From assembly GCA_964016885.1 (NCBI GenBank), contig OZ024740.1, positions 218,302,001 through 218,366,000 of the forward strand: a DNA stretch of 64,000 bases. Direction: 5' to 3'. Positions within the stretch are counted from its first letter, which is position 1. Every line of letters starts with the position of its first letter. This DNA is from Eledone cirrhosa (taxonomy: Eukaryota). Of this stretch, positions 13,606 through 27,281 are shown piece by piece. The position numbers were made by a program, and so were the translations under genes. The notes under the pieces were generated by a model. That model saw only the letters and a list, made by a program, of their open reading frames with translations. It was not told where the DNA came from and made no database searches.

Positions 13606-13660
13606 AGAGCTCCCTGATGATTTCTCACGAATGAAAAAGTTCTAGTCCTGTAGAAGCTCT
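13606..13660 (+). ncRNA. Type I hammerhead in an inverted terminal element (13549-13680)
   Basis: agagctcc-CTGATGA-t-ttc-tcac-gaa-t-GAAA-aag-ttctagtc-ctg-TA-gaagctct; homologues at 29104-29148 and 62986-63037. Confidence 0.75.
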
Positions 13661-13676
13661 TCAATATTAAAATTTA

Positions 13677-13790
<114 letters not shown>

Positions 13791-13813
13791 TACACGGGTG
13801 TGTATATGCCAAC

Positions 13814-15163
13814 ATGTCTGGAAAGCAACAAATGAAACCAACAGAATCAGAAAGAATTCTAAAGGAGATATCATCGAAATTATCAACACTTATCACGATG
13901 ATGGACACACAATCCTCCATTTTAAAGGAAATAGAAAAACAATCTACAGACGGAAAACTTATAACTGAACATATAAACTCTGAAATTAAGAATTTAGCTG
14001 AAATTATACCAACAGTTATCAAAGATACAAGAGAAAGCCTACCACAACCCCCTTGGATGTCAGAAATAAACGAAAGAAATTTGGAAAACAAAACACATCG
14101 AATAAGAAAAGAAATGTGGAAGACATGGAAAAAATTCCTTAACATAAGAAAACAAAATTTCTGGAAAGCATACAGATGCGAAAAATATGTCGAAACACAT
14201 TCGAAATAGCTCTCTCTAACGGCACCCATACTCCCTCGTAAATACCTAATTACAGAAATTGCAGGAGAACCAGAAGAAGAAACAAAACTCCGATGGGAAC
14301 TTACATTGACAAAATTCAGGACCGACATCTCCATTTCTGAATGTAAACAATCCCGCTACAAAGCCAAATATGAAGCTATTGATGACCAAATTGAAGTTGA
14401 AATTTCAAAGCTAACGACTGGTATTATAGCTGAAAAACTACGAGAACTATGGATCGGAGATATCTCAAAAGAAGAAAACAAATCAAGAAAGGTATGGCAG
14501 CAGAAACAATTATTTCTCGATGAATACGCTGCAAATTACGGTAAAGACTCTGGAACCCTGAGAAAAAGCATTAAAAGTGGACAATCTCATCAACACAACA
14601 TACGCCAGAACACGTGCCAACACAAACACTCACCTTACCTTGAATCAAAGAAGAACTACGGTAATAACTCTTCGCTTTTTCTACAAAAACACCCTATCGC
14701 ACACAACATGAACAAAAAGCACAAACTCGATAGATATTCCTTTGACCAGACCATGAGAAGTAGTAAAACCAGGAGATCATTCTCAAGATCTCAACAGAGA
14801 CTACCAACAAGGAATGTGGAAACAAAACGTAGAATAACCAGATCACTCTCAAGACCTCAACAGAGATTGCCCACAAGAAACTGGACGAAAAAACGATCTA
14901 AACCTGAAAGCAAACCTAGGTCATTTTCCCAGATTGTTAAAAATAATGCTAACAGGAAGAAAAATAATATACAGAATACCAAAAATAGGACAAAATACAT
15001 AACGAAACCAAATATAATATCACGACCAAAAGTTCATCAAGCGAACACCAACAGGAATATAAATCCTGAACAGAGAAAAATCCATTTTTTAACGTCAGGA
15101 CAGCAAAAACCGGAAAAAGAAAAACTCCAGGAGGAAACATACCCAAAACAGCTGTACACGTAG
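13814..15163 (+). pseudogene. PLE ORF1 (helical N-terminus, basic low-complexity C-terminus), one in-frame TAG at 14207
   Basis: ORFs 13814-14209 and 14306-15163 share a frame; two RS(F/L)SR(S/P)QQRLPTRN repeats. Confidence 0.65.
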
Positions 15164-17379
15164 ATCCTAAAATAATTAATTTATCTAAAAGAGATCTTGA
15201 CAATGATGAAATGCAAATTCTGTCAAAAGGACTGAAATTCACACCGACTCCAACAGTCAACCACCAAGAACTGAAGGAGGATACCCAAGAATGTTGTCGA
15301 AAATTACGTCTTGTAGAATTCTTCGCTGATAAAAATAATGAGAGTGATGAATCACTAGTAAAGAATAAATCAAATTTCACTCCGCCAAAAGGAAGAAATA
15401 TCTATCTCGACCAATACATTGACATCCTGTCTAAATTTCCTCTTAGACATAATACTAATGTTAGGTCAAACATTAACAAATCAGAAATGTCTTCACTTAA
15501 ACGTATACAAAATGATAAAACAATAATAAATAATAAAACAAGCAGATAAAGGGCGTGCAGTTGTTATAATGGATACTGAATACTACAAGGATTTGGTTGA
15601 GGAACAACTGAAAGACACAACATTCTATCATGAAATACCGTCAAATATAGACCACAACATCATGAAGAAGATCAACAACCTGGCTTCAAAATACCACAAC
15701 TCATTTACTGATAAGGAAAGAGACTACATCACCAATTTTGAGCCGAAACCCAGCAACCTGTATGGCCTACCGAAAGTTCATAAGTCAAAAGAAATACAAC
15801 TGGCAGTAAGAGAACAAAACAGTGAGTACATTAAATTATTACACCCAAAAGACTTAAAACTTAAACCTATTATAGCTGGTCCAACATGCCCCACCCACCG
15901 TCTAAGCAATTTTGTTGACATTATTTTGAAACCACTATGTATTCACATACCCAGTTTCATCCGGGATGATATCGACTTCCTGTCCCATCTTCCCAAAACC
16001 ACGGAAACGAATTCACTTCTACTCAGTTTTGATGTGGTAAGCCTTTACACCAACATTACACATGATTTAGGAATAAAGGCGGTTAAATACTGGGTAGAAA
16101 AACATAGAGAAGTGATTCACATTAGATTCACAGCGCCATTTATATTAGACGCAGTTAAACTTATTCTGGAAAACAACACTTTCTTCTTCAATGGAAAGAA
16201 TTACATCCAAATTAGAGGCACAGCGATGGGAACGAAGTTTGCTCCCGTTTACGCGAACTCTGTATTGGGATACTTAGAACAACAACTCTACCAAGAAATA
16301 GAGGAAAAATATAGTACTGACTTTAGAAAGTACATTGAAAAATCTTGGAAGAGATACCTTGACGACTGTTTCATCATCTGGACAGAATCTCTAGATACTC
16401 TGGATGAGTTCAATATCCTCCTGAATAACCTACACCCATCTCTCCAATTCACAAAAGAGATGAGTAGGACCAAATCCTAGGTATAATGATAATCAAAAAC
16501 GACACCACCATTACCACGGATATATATTATAAACACACAGACACCCATCAATATCTGAATTTTAAGTCGTGCCATCCACCTCATACAAAACGCAACATCC
16601 CATACTGCCTAGCCAGAAGAATTTGTACCATTGTAGAAGATACGAATACCAGGTACAAACGCCTAACAGAACTAAGAGAATTTTTGCTCAAACAAAAATA
16701 CCCATCTCTACTTATAGAAAATGGCATACAGCGGGCTATAAAAATACCTATACAACAACTTAGAACAACCCAAGAACTGGTCATACCATTTATAATGACA
16801 CACAACCCATGTCACCAGAATATCTTCAACACTGCCAAAGCAAACCTACCGATCATTGCTCAAAGTAATGAATTAAAAGGCTTAATCACAGATCGATCTT
16901 TGACTCTTAGTAAAAGACAGCCAAAAAATTTGAAGCAATTACTAACAAAAGCAAAGTTTGACCTTAACAACAAAGACCAATCATTCACTGTATCTAAATG
17001 CAATGATAGTCGATGCGGCACATGTCAATCCATACACGCCGGTCAATATATGAAAACAAAAACTGGAAAAATATTCCCAAATGCAAATATGAACTGCAAA
17101 AGCAGAAATCTAATTTACTGCATTAAATGCCCGAATTGTGAAGAACTATATGTCGGTCAAACTGGAAATGCACTATCGGAACGTGCACGGGTACACCGTC
17201 AACAAATCAGAGACCCAAATGTCCGTCAGATACCCCTAAGCAACCACCTAGCAACATGTGGTCAGGGAATATTTATAATATTCCCATTCTACAAATTACA
17301 CAGCCCAAGTGAAATCAAGAGAAAAATCAAAGAAAAGAATTTTATTGATAAATTCAAACCCAAGCTAAATGAACAATAA
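15070..17379 (+). pseudogene. PLE reverse transcriptase-GIY-YIG endonuclease (two small lesions)
   Basis: IINLS..LSKGLKFTP, ADKG, LYGLPKVHK, LKPII, SFDVVSLYTNI, GTAMGTKFAP.YAN, RYLDD, YYKHTDT, SCHP, CxxxxCGTC, LIYCIKCPNCEELYVGQTGN..R...H. Frameshifts near 15535 and 16478. Confidence 0.93.
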
Positions 17380-17549
17380 TAACGCTTAGGGGTATTACTT
17401 CTACTACCACTATGACCACAACCACTAACAACAACAACAACAACAACAATAATAATAATAATAAAAGTGATGTTGATGGTGATGATTAATAGAAAATGCT
17501 ATTTTCATCATTTCTAAAAATAGCAAAACAATTGATGCTTTGGATATGA

Positions 17550-17700
17550 TTATTGGTCGTTAGCATGCTCAACCAGCCGTGACGCTTAAACCAATCAGCT
17601 TTAGTAATTCAGTGAAACTACACACTGATTGGTCGAAATACAGTTTACAGGGCTTAGCATTCTGGAGCCACTTTTCTCTGTATAAAATGTATAAAAGGTA
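17550..17700 (+). promoter_or_regulatory. Putative pLTR Pol II promoter (CCAAT boxes + TATA)
   Basis: attggtcg, aaccaatcagc, ctgattggtcg, then tataaaatgtataaaagg about 60-80 nt upstream of the hammerhead. Confidence 0.5.
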
Positions 17701-17759
17701 GGAAATTTACCCATCTCATTACAGTTGAAAATTGCAAACTCGACTGTCACCACATATTA

Positions 17760-17798
17760 TGAACCTGAAGATTGCGAAAGCATGAAAGTACTTGTTCA
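17760..17798 (+). ncRNA. Minimal type I hammerhead in the Neptune pLTR
   Basis: tgaac-CTGAAGA-t-tgc-gaaa-gca-t-GAAA-gtac-TT-gttca; palindromic AGTACT helix III. Confidence 0.88.
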
Positions 17799-17910
17799 AT
17801 TAACACTTAGAATTTAATATTCTATCATACTATTTCATTATAATACCATTATATATTTTAAAGGATTGTAAATAAAACGAGTAAATCAGACAAAGTTGGA
17901 ATTCCTCTTA

Positions 17911-17950
<40 letters not shown>

Positions 17951-17955
<5 letters not shown>

Positions 17956-18232
17956 ATTATTATTATGTAATAAACAACATAAGGCAATTATTCCATTTAC
18001 CAGTGGTTTCTTAAAAGCAATAGATTGCATTTTTGTTTGTAATCCAAATTCAATAAACAAACCAGGATTTTTCCGTTCTGAGGTTTGAAAGCAAAACCTT
18101 TTGCTTTTAAGAAACCACTGGTAAATGGAATAATTGCCTTATGTTGTTTATTACATAATAATAATAATTAAGCTATGTTGCCTACATAGAGCACTCTTTT
18201 TTTCTGGACTTTTCCGATGGAATTACTTCATT

Positions 18233-18240
<8 letters not shown>
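17951..18240 (+). mobile_element. Fold-back element in (TA)n with hammerhead at 18071-18130
   Basis: Arms ~17951-18020 and 18101-18167 plus a ~70-nt tail; ttccgtt-CTGAGGT-ttgaaagcaaaa-cc-ttttgcttttaa-GAAA-cc-act-gg-TA-aatggaa (A9 to U variant). Confidence 0.8.
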
Positions 18241-18295
<55 letters not shown>

Positions 18296-18302
<7 letters not shown>

Positions 18303-18710
18303 TAAAGTTAGTCCTTCATCAGTGATCTTCCAACCATCATTGGTATTTCATCGCTTTAAAGACCATATACCTCCGGTTGGTGCGAGCATTCCTTCCTTGC
18401 TCACATTCCAACCAGGTTTGATGGTCTTTATTCTCTCTCATTCATGATTTCACCGAACTTATATTCATGGAAATTTGGGACTTGACTCTTTCTTCCTCAC
18501 TTTTCGTTGCTTCACCATCTTTGTTTGTTTACACTCTCGTGTCCCCTTTATTTACGTGTCCCAACGACTTTTTTTAGCCGTTGCTCGCACCAACCGGAGG
18601 TATATGGTCTTTAAAGCGATGAAATACCAATGATGGTTGGAAGATCACTGATGAAGGACTAACTTTATTCATATGTAACCCATTAGCAACCACGCAGCAC
18701 GTTTATTCTT
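18296..18710. mobile_element. Fold-back element in (TA)n
   Basis: ~93-bp inverted arms 18296-18389 and 18582-18674 plus a ~35-nt tail. Confidence 0.8.
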
Positions 18711-19009
18711 ATATATATATATATATACACACACACAGACATACGTATAATTATATATTTATACCTCTGCATCGACTTGTGTACTTATGCAAGCTTATAT
18801 ACATGTGGCTATGTTTCCATTCAACTTCTAATATATAAATAAATGATGGGACCTCCGTCGGTATTGATGATGAGTATTCTTCTTCAATCAATTATAATTA
18901 TATAATTAAAACCACTTGGAATAAAATGTGTATGTAAGTTCGGATGGATGGATGGACTGATAGATGGACGGATTGATGGATGCGTACACGGATTGGTGGA
19001 GGGACGGAT

Positions 19010-19280
19010 CCATAACTCTTGACGGAGTCGTAGGGGCATTTAAAACTTAGTGGAACCCATACCCTCTCCAAGTCTAAACACAACTGATTTATTCCAGAAA
19101 ATGAAATGGAGATTGAGAGAGAAGAAGTGTGAAAGAGAAAGAGACAAATAATCGAGCCCCAGTACTCGACTGGTACTTTTTTGTATCAGATACGGAAAGG
19201 TGAAAAGTAAAGTTGACCTCATCGGGATTTGAATTCAAAACACAGACGACTGAAATGGTACCGAAAAATATTCTATCCAA
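19010..19280 (-). mobile_element. tRNA/Meta SINE, CT-rich subfamily
   Basis: Homologous to 8210-8532 and 27765-28100. Confidence 0.65.
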
Positions 19281-19779
19281 CCCTCCATCGACTCTGCCAA
19301 TTTACTATTAATTAGTTTATCGCCATTACCTAACTCTCAACTCTATTAAAGAGGAAAACAAGCGTATGAGAACTACTAACAAAATGTAAATTTCTTTCTA
19401 ATTGTTTAGATTAGGGGACTAATGTTATATCGTCTGCTAAGCTAGCTCGTACTGTTCGATTTTGGAAGGGTGATGAAATATGTGAAGATCTGATTAACTT
19501 CGGAATGTGACGAAAGCACACAACATGGGCTCAAATATATCAACAATATATCTAATATATCAAATATATAAACAAATTGTCTAATTCAAGCCTTCCTGAA
19601 ATGAGGGCCGGGACCCGTTAGGGGCTCGCAAATGAATTTAAGAAATTTTAGATACATATTTTAGCTTTAGCTTATTGCATTCTTTCGGCCCAAAATAACC
19701 TTGGTGATTGTACTTTTAAAAACAATTTTAAAACAATTTTGATAATAAAGAATTTTAATAATAACCGCACAGAAAGGAC

Positions 19780-19998
19780 CGTGGGTTGGCAGTATCGGTA
19801 GAGCGTCGGACAATATGCTTTATGGTATAGAGTTACCCCCCTTTACGATCTGCGTTCAAATCCTGCCGAGGTTAGCTTTGCCTTTCCTCCTTACAGGGTC
19901 GATAAAATAAAGTATCAGTTACGCACTGGGGTCGATTTAATCGACTTTCCCTTCCCCCCAAATTGTTGGCCTTGTGTCTAAATCAGAAACCAATAATA
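19780..19998 (+). mobile_element. Meta-type SINE with target duplication, nested in a degenerate hAT-like MITE (~19588-20118)
   Basis: aataataac(c/t)gcacagaaa on both sides; full SINE body. Confidence 0.8.
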
Positions 19999-20984
19999 AC
20001 TGCACAGAAAAATTCCGCCATATTAAGATACGTATTTGCACAAACGAGGGTAGGAGAATCGTGACAAATCTCTATAAAAAATAGGGGATCATGATTTTAA
20101 AAATTTGGAATATCTGGTATAATTGGCAGCTTGACTTATCATAAATAGGTTCCGTAACAACTGACTGTGCGCTTTGTAGAGAGACATGCTTTAGTAGAGA
20201 AGTATGTTTGGTAGCGAAACATGTTTTGTTAATTTATTTGCAAAACATTTCCTCTACAGGTAGCTTTTCGGCACATTACATGAGAAGGCTTTGTGTGAAA
20301 AAGGTGGCCTGAAAGAACATGATAATGGTGCTATAATTGTAACTAAATTTGTGAATTTTATACGTGTGTGTGCTTGGAAAAATAGAAAAAAAAAACATTT
20401 CATAATTTACTGAGTGATATGAAATCGATGTCCACAGGATTATTAATGCACTACAATATTCGTTGGCTTAGTCAAAATTCTGTCATTAAACGATTGGTTG
20501 AGTGTTTTCATGAAATTTGCTTTTGATGGATGAAAAATGTTCTTGCAAAGACATTGAATGGATTTTTAGATTAATGTTTAAAATTTGTTTTCAGCTTTTT
20601 CTTCCCATTTTAATGATTTTAACACCAATTTACAAGGATCTAGCAGTGTTATGTTTGATAACATAAAAGCCTAAACGTTTTAAGACAAGATTTCCACAAT
20701 GGCACATCGTAATACTTCCCCACTAACACAACCTATCCGACGCCCCCCCCCCCCCCCCACACCAAAAAAAAACATCACAGACATTCATAGTATTTAAACG
20801 CAATTATTGGACATTGTTTAATTAATCCTCATAGTTTCAGTCAACCAAATGTTACTCACAAGGCTAATAATCAAAGGCTATAATAGAAAACAGTATTCCA
20901 AGGTTTCACGCAGTGTGACTGATACTGAAACCACGGGGCTGCAAAGCAAAGCTCTTAATAACACGCTCATGTATCTCACTATTG

Positions 20985-21183
20985 TGTGTTGGCAGAATCG
21001 TTAATATGTGGCAGTATTTTTCCGGCTCTTCTGAGTTCAAATCTCGTCGAGGTCAACTTTGCTTTTCATCTTTTCGGAGTCAATAAAATAAAGTATCAAT
21101 CGAGTACCAGTGTTGATATAATCCACTTCACTCTCCCCGCCAAAAATTTCTGGCTTTGTGCCTAAATGAGAAACTATTATTAT
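20985..21183 (+). mobile_element. Meta-type SINE (with a degenerate CORE-type SINE on the minus strand at ~20800-20970)
   Basis: A/B boxes, Meta domain, tail. Confidence 0.7.
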
Positions 21184-21412
21184 TAATATACAATATAATT
21201 TATAAACAATGTTATTTTTCTATTGTTTGTTTAGGAACATTAATATTAATGAATTGAATTTCAAATCAGCTTTGAAAGAATTGTGATAATATCATATAAA
21301 AAAATCTTTAAATAACTTAAATGTGTAGAGAATTAAAACTTATTTTTTATGTTGCTTATAAGGCATAATATTATTCATAAATTGCACATCTTCAATTACT
21401 TTTGGCATTGAT

Positions 21413-21537
<125 letters not shown>

Positions 21538-22659
21538 TGTGTGTGTGCGTGTGCGTGTGTGATTCAATTTGTTTCAATTTCTCTGTTATAATTTTATTAA
21601 AAATAAAACAGTAAGTATACTTGAATAAGTATAATAAATTCTTCCTTTCTTCTGAAAAAGACACATTATTATAGTTAATTATTCATTAAATCTATTTTGG
21701 TGTGAATTATTATTATAAATAAAACATGTAATTCCTAAAGATGACCCATTGAAACACTTTACAATAAATTGCTTGTTTAAATAGAATTCTTTTAGATTTC
21801 TCAAACATTTTGTTCTCTTTCACTATAAAATAATTTATACAATACAAATATTATAAAAATGACAATCTGCTTCTCCAGAATTCCCAGGAGCATGTTAGAG
21901 GAATTTGTTTTTTATATACGATTATCGCCAATGGCGACAGGCGTTCTCATAAAGGTTCGCCATAGTTTAAGGGATATGCAACACTTATTTCTTTCAAGTC
22001 GAGCAACGACATAGAGGTTTCCTCGTTTGCAACGTCAATATTGTAGAAGAAAACTAAACGAGAAATTGATACATTCAAGTCTCAGAAGCATCAGTGATTT
22101 GAACGGGAAACGAATTTCAGTTGAGATTTGGAATTGTTTCTAAAACACCATCAAATCTGCTGAATGATAGGTGTTTTTTTTATTTTGTTTATTTCATTTA
22201 AATTCTAGTGGTAGTGTGGAGACGCATAACATTGGGCTTGTAATCGAAAGGTTGTGAGTTCGATTTAACATGTTAGTTAAATGTGGTGGAGCCAGGCAAA
22301 AAATTAGTGTAGAGAGGGTTTCCCTTACAATATTCCTCTTCTAAAAGGGACGTGTTACCGTCTTATTCCTTCTTTTGAGTGTATCTACAAAATTGTTTGC
22401 CCTATATCCGTAACATTTTTATATCTATCCTTATTATTGATTCTACCTTACTAATGGCCAATGTTTTCACACTCCACACGTGGGAAACATTCTCAAAATA
22501 TTTCTAGTAATCAATCTATATCTTGCTCCGACCATTGTTTTTTGTTTGTTTTTTATCCTACAGTAATCAGTTACGACTTTGCTGATCAGTAATCGATATT
22601 TACAGACACATGTACCTTTACAACATCCCTTCGGTTCTTCTGAAAGTGAGTATTGCCAT

Positions 22660-22985
22660 TTGTAGTATCTGTAGAGCGTCAGGCACCATGCTTTGCAACT
22701 TAGAGTTAAGGCCCATTGCGTTCTGAGTTCAAATCTCCCCAGGTTAGCTTTGCCTTTCATCCTTACGGGGTCGATAAAATAAAGTACCAGTGATGCCCTG
22801 GGGGTCTATTTAATTGACTTTCCTCTTCCCTTAAAATTGCTGGCCTTGTGTCTAAAGTAGAAACAATTATTATTTCATTCATCTGGAGTCAATGAAATAA
22901 AATACTAGTAAAATACAGGTTCGAGATAATCGACTCCTCCCACCTTCTCACGACTTGGTGGCCTTGTGCTTAAATTAGAAATCGT
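22660..22985 (+). mobile_element. Meta-type SINE plus a second 3' half
   Basis: Family consensus match. Confidence 0.75.
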
Positions 22986-23330
22986 CATTGTCCTGTTTTC
23001 AACTGATTCATACGACTTTCTACTGTACCCCTAGTTGCTCCTGAGGTACCTACAGCGTTGTCTTTTGGGTGCATAAAAATCTTGTCTTAATAAATGTTAT
23101 TGTTGTTTTCTGGTGTTACCTTAGTGTTTCGGTAGTTTGTCATACATGTGTGCTGTCAGGATTGTGTTGTTTTATTTGATGTGGATTGTATTTCGTTTGT
23201 GTTGTGTGAATTATTGTTTTATGTATCTTAGCGTTCAGTGTTGGTAGCATAGTGAATTTGCTGCGTTGGGGGGTGATAACTAAACAAACATTCAAACATT
23301 GTTTTGGTGTTTTAACGGGCATAAGTATAT

Positions 23331-23368
<38 letters not shown>

Positions 23369-23510
23369 TTTACGTCCACTTTTCCCTGCTTGCAAGGGTT
23401 GGGCGAGTCCTATATGGCACAGCATCTCTCCACTTGTCACGGTCCTTCGTCATCGCCTCGGTGAGATTCGGCGATCTGAGGTCTGCTATCACCACCACCG
23501 CCCATGTTTA

Positions 23511-23678
<168 letters not shown>

Positions 23679-25202
23679 CAAAATTCCAATCAAATCCAGG
23701 GCCTTTTCACTCCTATTTAAAGTTCCTTAATAATCTGGCACATATGGAAGAGCCGAACTCCCACTGTCAACCCCTCCATCTCTCTCGCCTCCCTGTTATC
23801 AGCAGATGGGGTCTCACGTGCTGGCCGCTGCACAACCCCGGCGTACAGAATGGAGAAGGTGCTTCTCCGGAGGATGGTAAGGGAGATGCGTTGGAAGAGC
23901 CATTCCATATCACAAGGTTCACACCTGCTGCTGGCCTATGGCGGTAAATAGGGAGGTAGCCATAGGGCCAAGGACACCAGAAGTCTCCACTGCTAAGGGC
24001 AGGGCCACAAACTGGTACTTGGTATGTAGAATATAATGTGTTGTTTGAGTTATGTTATTCTATTGGATGGTGAAAGTGTTTCGTATATGTAGTTTGAGTT
24101 GTGTTATAAGTAGTTAATATAGTCAGATGATAATGTAGAATATACTGCGTAAATCGTGTGAGTTGTCTTACAGTATTGGGTGGTAGTTGTGTAATTTGTG
24201 AATTGTTGCGAATTATCGGGTGTGTGCTGGATGTGTTAAAGTATCGACTGTCAATAATGTTATATCATTTTATTGGATGGGATTGTGTGGAGTATGAACT
24301 GCATAGGTTTTCTTATATGAATGTTTAGTGACAATGTACTGGTTGAATTGTGTTGTCTTATTGGCTTGGGATTTTGTAGAAATGTTGAAATATGGCTGGC
24401 GTTAACGTTGTCTATAAAGATTAGTTACATGATGTGTCTTGGCTAGCTGAATCGGTAAAGCAATGGCTGAAATGTTTTTTATGTTTTTACTTATACTAGC
24501 AGAACCACCTTTCGGCTGGTTTTCTGCTAGCATGTGTAGTGTGTATATTGATATTATAAGCAAATATATATATATATATGTAGATATGATACATCAAATA
24601 AAATCGTAATTAACAATATGCTCAAAAATTGAAGAGAGACTGTGTTACATTATCTTCTGTAATCAGTAAAGTAATCCATGATAAAAAAAAAGACGATTTT
24701 ATATATAAACTGCATTACGGTGAAATGTAATGAAAACGAAGAAGGAGAAAATTAGCGGCGGAAATATAAACGTTATTATATAACGATGCAAATATATGAA
24801 CGTTTACATAAGTGATATGATATAGTGTACGTTATATCATAACATTTTGAAATTTTAAAAGAAGTGAATCTTAAAATAAGCAATCATTATATATAAGAAT
24901 ATTTAGTTACGAAATTTAGTACATTAATTATGTATTATTCATTCATTGTTTATTCAAAGTAATCCAACTTATTTTACTAACGGGATAAAAAAAATATATT
25001 CAGGACACAGTCCCGCACTCCTCCCTTTATTATATTGTGATTCTGAGTTCAAATCGTTTATCACTTCCAATTAACATCGTGTTCCTTATATTACGTAGTG
25101 TAAGGAACGCAGTGTTAATTAAATATGAAAATGGTAATTATAAACAGCTGTAGAGAAGTGGAATAGGAAACAAGTATTTGATGCAAATGTTTCCTCTAGG
25201 AG

Positions 25203-25945
25203 GGTGATGGATTGGCAGAATCGTTAGAGCGTCGGACTGAATAATCTGTAGTATGTAGTTTACATTCTGAGTTCAAATCTTGCTGAAGTCAACTTTGTCG
25301 TTTATCCTTCCGGGTAAATAAAATTAAATTACCAGTAAAATGCTAGTGTCGATTTAATCAAAATTCTATATAAGAAACAATTATTTCCTTTTAGAAGTTT
25401 CGAATCCTGTTGATGTCAAGTTTGTCTTATATGATTGTGAGGTTGGTTTTGGGGGTCAATGAAATGTGTCAGTTAAAGTACTGGGGTCTGTATAATTGAT
25501 TCTACTTTCCCCATAAAATGTATGTCCTTTTGCCTCTTTTAATTGCTGTTGAGGACAGTAGATTTGACAAAAAATCTTGTGGTATTTAGTTACAGCCCTT
25601 TACGAGTTCAACTATTCATCCTTCTGAGGTCGATAAATAAAATATCAATTAAATATTATTGTCGATGTAATTGACTTTCCTTTCACTGAAACTGTTGGTC
25701 TTCTGCCTAAATTGGAAACAACCATTTTGGTTGTTGCCGAGGGTGGTAGATTGGACAAAAGACCTTGCAGTATTTAGTTACGGGTTTTTAAAGGCTGAGT
25801 TCCAATCCTGCCGGGATCAATTTAGCCTTTCTTCCCTCCAATATCGCTTAAATATTGTATCGCTGAACTACCGGTATCGGTTTAATCAACTTGCCCTTTC
25901 CTCCAAATTACTAGTCTTGTGCCTAAAATCTCAATCATTATTTTA
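25203..25945 (+). mobile_element. Cluster of about four degraded Meta-type SINEs in tandem
   Basis: Repeated B box, Meta domain and tail remnants. Confidence 0.65.
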
Positions 25946-26198
25946 GTTACAGTTATGGCATCTGGTGTTGTTGGTGTTATTATTGTTGTTGTCGTCATTG
26001 TTGTTGTTGTTTAACCCCAAGTTGGGCCTTCACCGAGCAGACCTATTATCATATCGCTGTGTTCTGTATTCCTAAATTGACCCATGCTCTAACATTCTGT
26101 AGTCAGAAAGGAATGTAACGGTTCCTTTAGTATAATAGATATGACCCAAATTGTTTGACATTGGTAAGTCTAGTATATTGTTGTTTCGATTTGAAGAT

Positions 26199-26540
26199 GG
26201 AGGCGCGTGGCTTAGTGGTTAGAGTGTTAGACTCACAACTATGAGGTTCTGAGTTCGATTACCAGATTGGGCGGCCCGTTGTGTCATTGTTCAAGACATT
26301 TTTTTCACGTTGCTCCATGTTCAGCCAGCTGAGAAACTAGAGGTGTGACGTCACTGGTGCCAAGCTATATCGGTCTTTGCCAATCCCTTAGACAACATCC
26401 GTGTCACGGAGAGGGGAAATCGGCATGCATAGGCGATTGCTGGTTTACCACAAAAACATCTGGCCTAGACTTGTGCTTCAAAGAGGATCTTTCTAGGATC
26501 AAACCCATGATCAGCCATGTCTGAATGGGGTGCCCTAGTT
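26199..26540 (+). mobile_element. CORE-type tRNA SINE
   Basis: GGAGGCGCGTGGCTTAGTGGTTAGAGTGTT..GTTCGATT..gttgtgtc.ttg..caagaca.tttcacgttgctcc; relatives at 39262-39480 (+) and 59505-59778 (-). Confidence 0.75.
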
Positions 26541-26852
26541 GAGGATAAATGTACATTTCACAGAAGATACTCTCGTGTTGTAAAATATATTTAATATGCT
26601 TTTTTATCACTCAGTCAGGAAGGAGATCATTGCTCATGATAATTTATATGTATAAGACCTTTGAGTCTAGTAGAAAGAAAGGTAGGAGAGAGGGAAAGGA
26701 AACGTTACCCTCTCCAGAGACCTGACCTAAATGTTTGCAACAGAGCAAACTCCATCAAAGTGACCAGTTATTAAACGGGAGGATGAGTTAAGTCTATCGC
26801 ACATATAGACTACATATTGAACTTATAACGCAAAGAGACGGAGCAAATACCA

Positions 26853-27170
26853 TAATGGTTTTCTAATTTAGATACAAGACCAGCAAAGTTTCGGAAATGG
26901 CAAAGTTGATTAAATCAACCCCAGTACTTGACTGGTTACTACCAACGAGAATCGAACCTGCAACATGAAATTCACTTTTGATCAAGTCACCCATCAGGCA
27001 GAAGGCTAGAAATTTGTGTGGAGGGGGCAAGTTGATTATATTGATCCCAGTACTGAACAGATACTTTATTCTATTGACCCCGAAAGGAGGAAAGGCAAAG
27101 TTGTTCTCGGCAGGATTTGAGCTCAGAGTTCAATGAGCTTGAACCAATAACCAAACCTCTAACGACCCTA
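26853..27170 (-). mobile_element. Degraded Meta-type SINEs
   Basis: Meta domain and tail on the minus strand. Confidence 0.6.
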
Positions 27171-27208
27171 CCAAATCGAACACCTTGTACGGAATATATA
27201 TACACATG

Positions 27209-27247
<39 letters not shown>

Positions 27248-27250
27248 TTG

Positions 27251-27281
<31 letters not shown>

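Larger units (their letters stand above)
13791..17915 (+). mobile_element. Near full-length Penelope-like element, Neptune type (ORF1 + RT + Zn-finger/GIY-YIG + pLTR)
   Basis: Flanked by (GATA)n and (TA)n; RT and endonuclease motifs as listed below; 3' promoter motifs and hammerhead. Confidence 0.92.

Noticed and set aside
18590-18660. Hammerhead in the 18.3-18.7 kb fold-back (CTGATGAAGGAC; GAAATACC)
   Set aside because: Core boxes are not in an order with consistent stems; at best degenerate.
22215-22265. tRNA gene
   Set aside because: Degenerate SINE-head remnant with no cloverleaf; the same applies to the other SINE heads.
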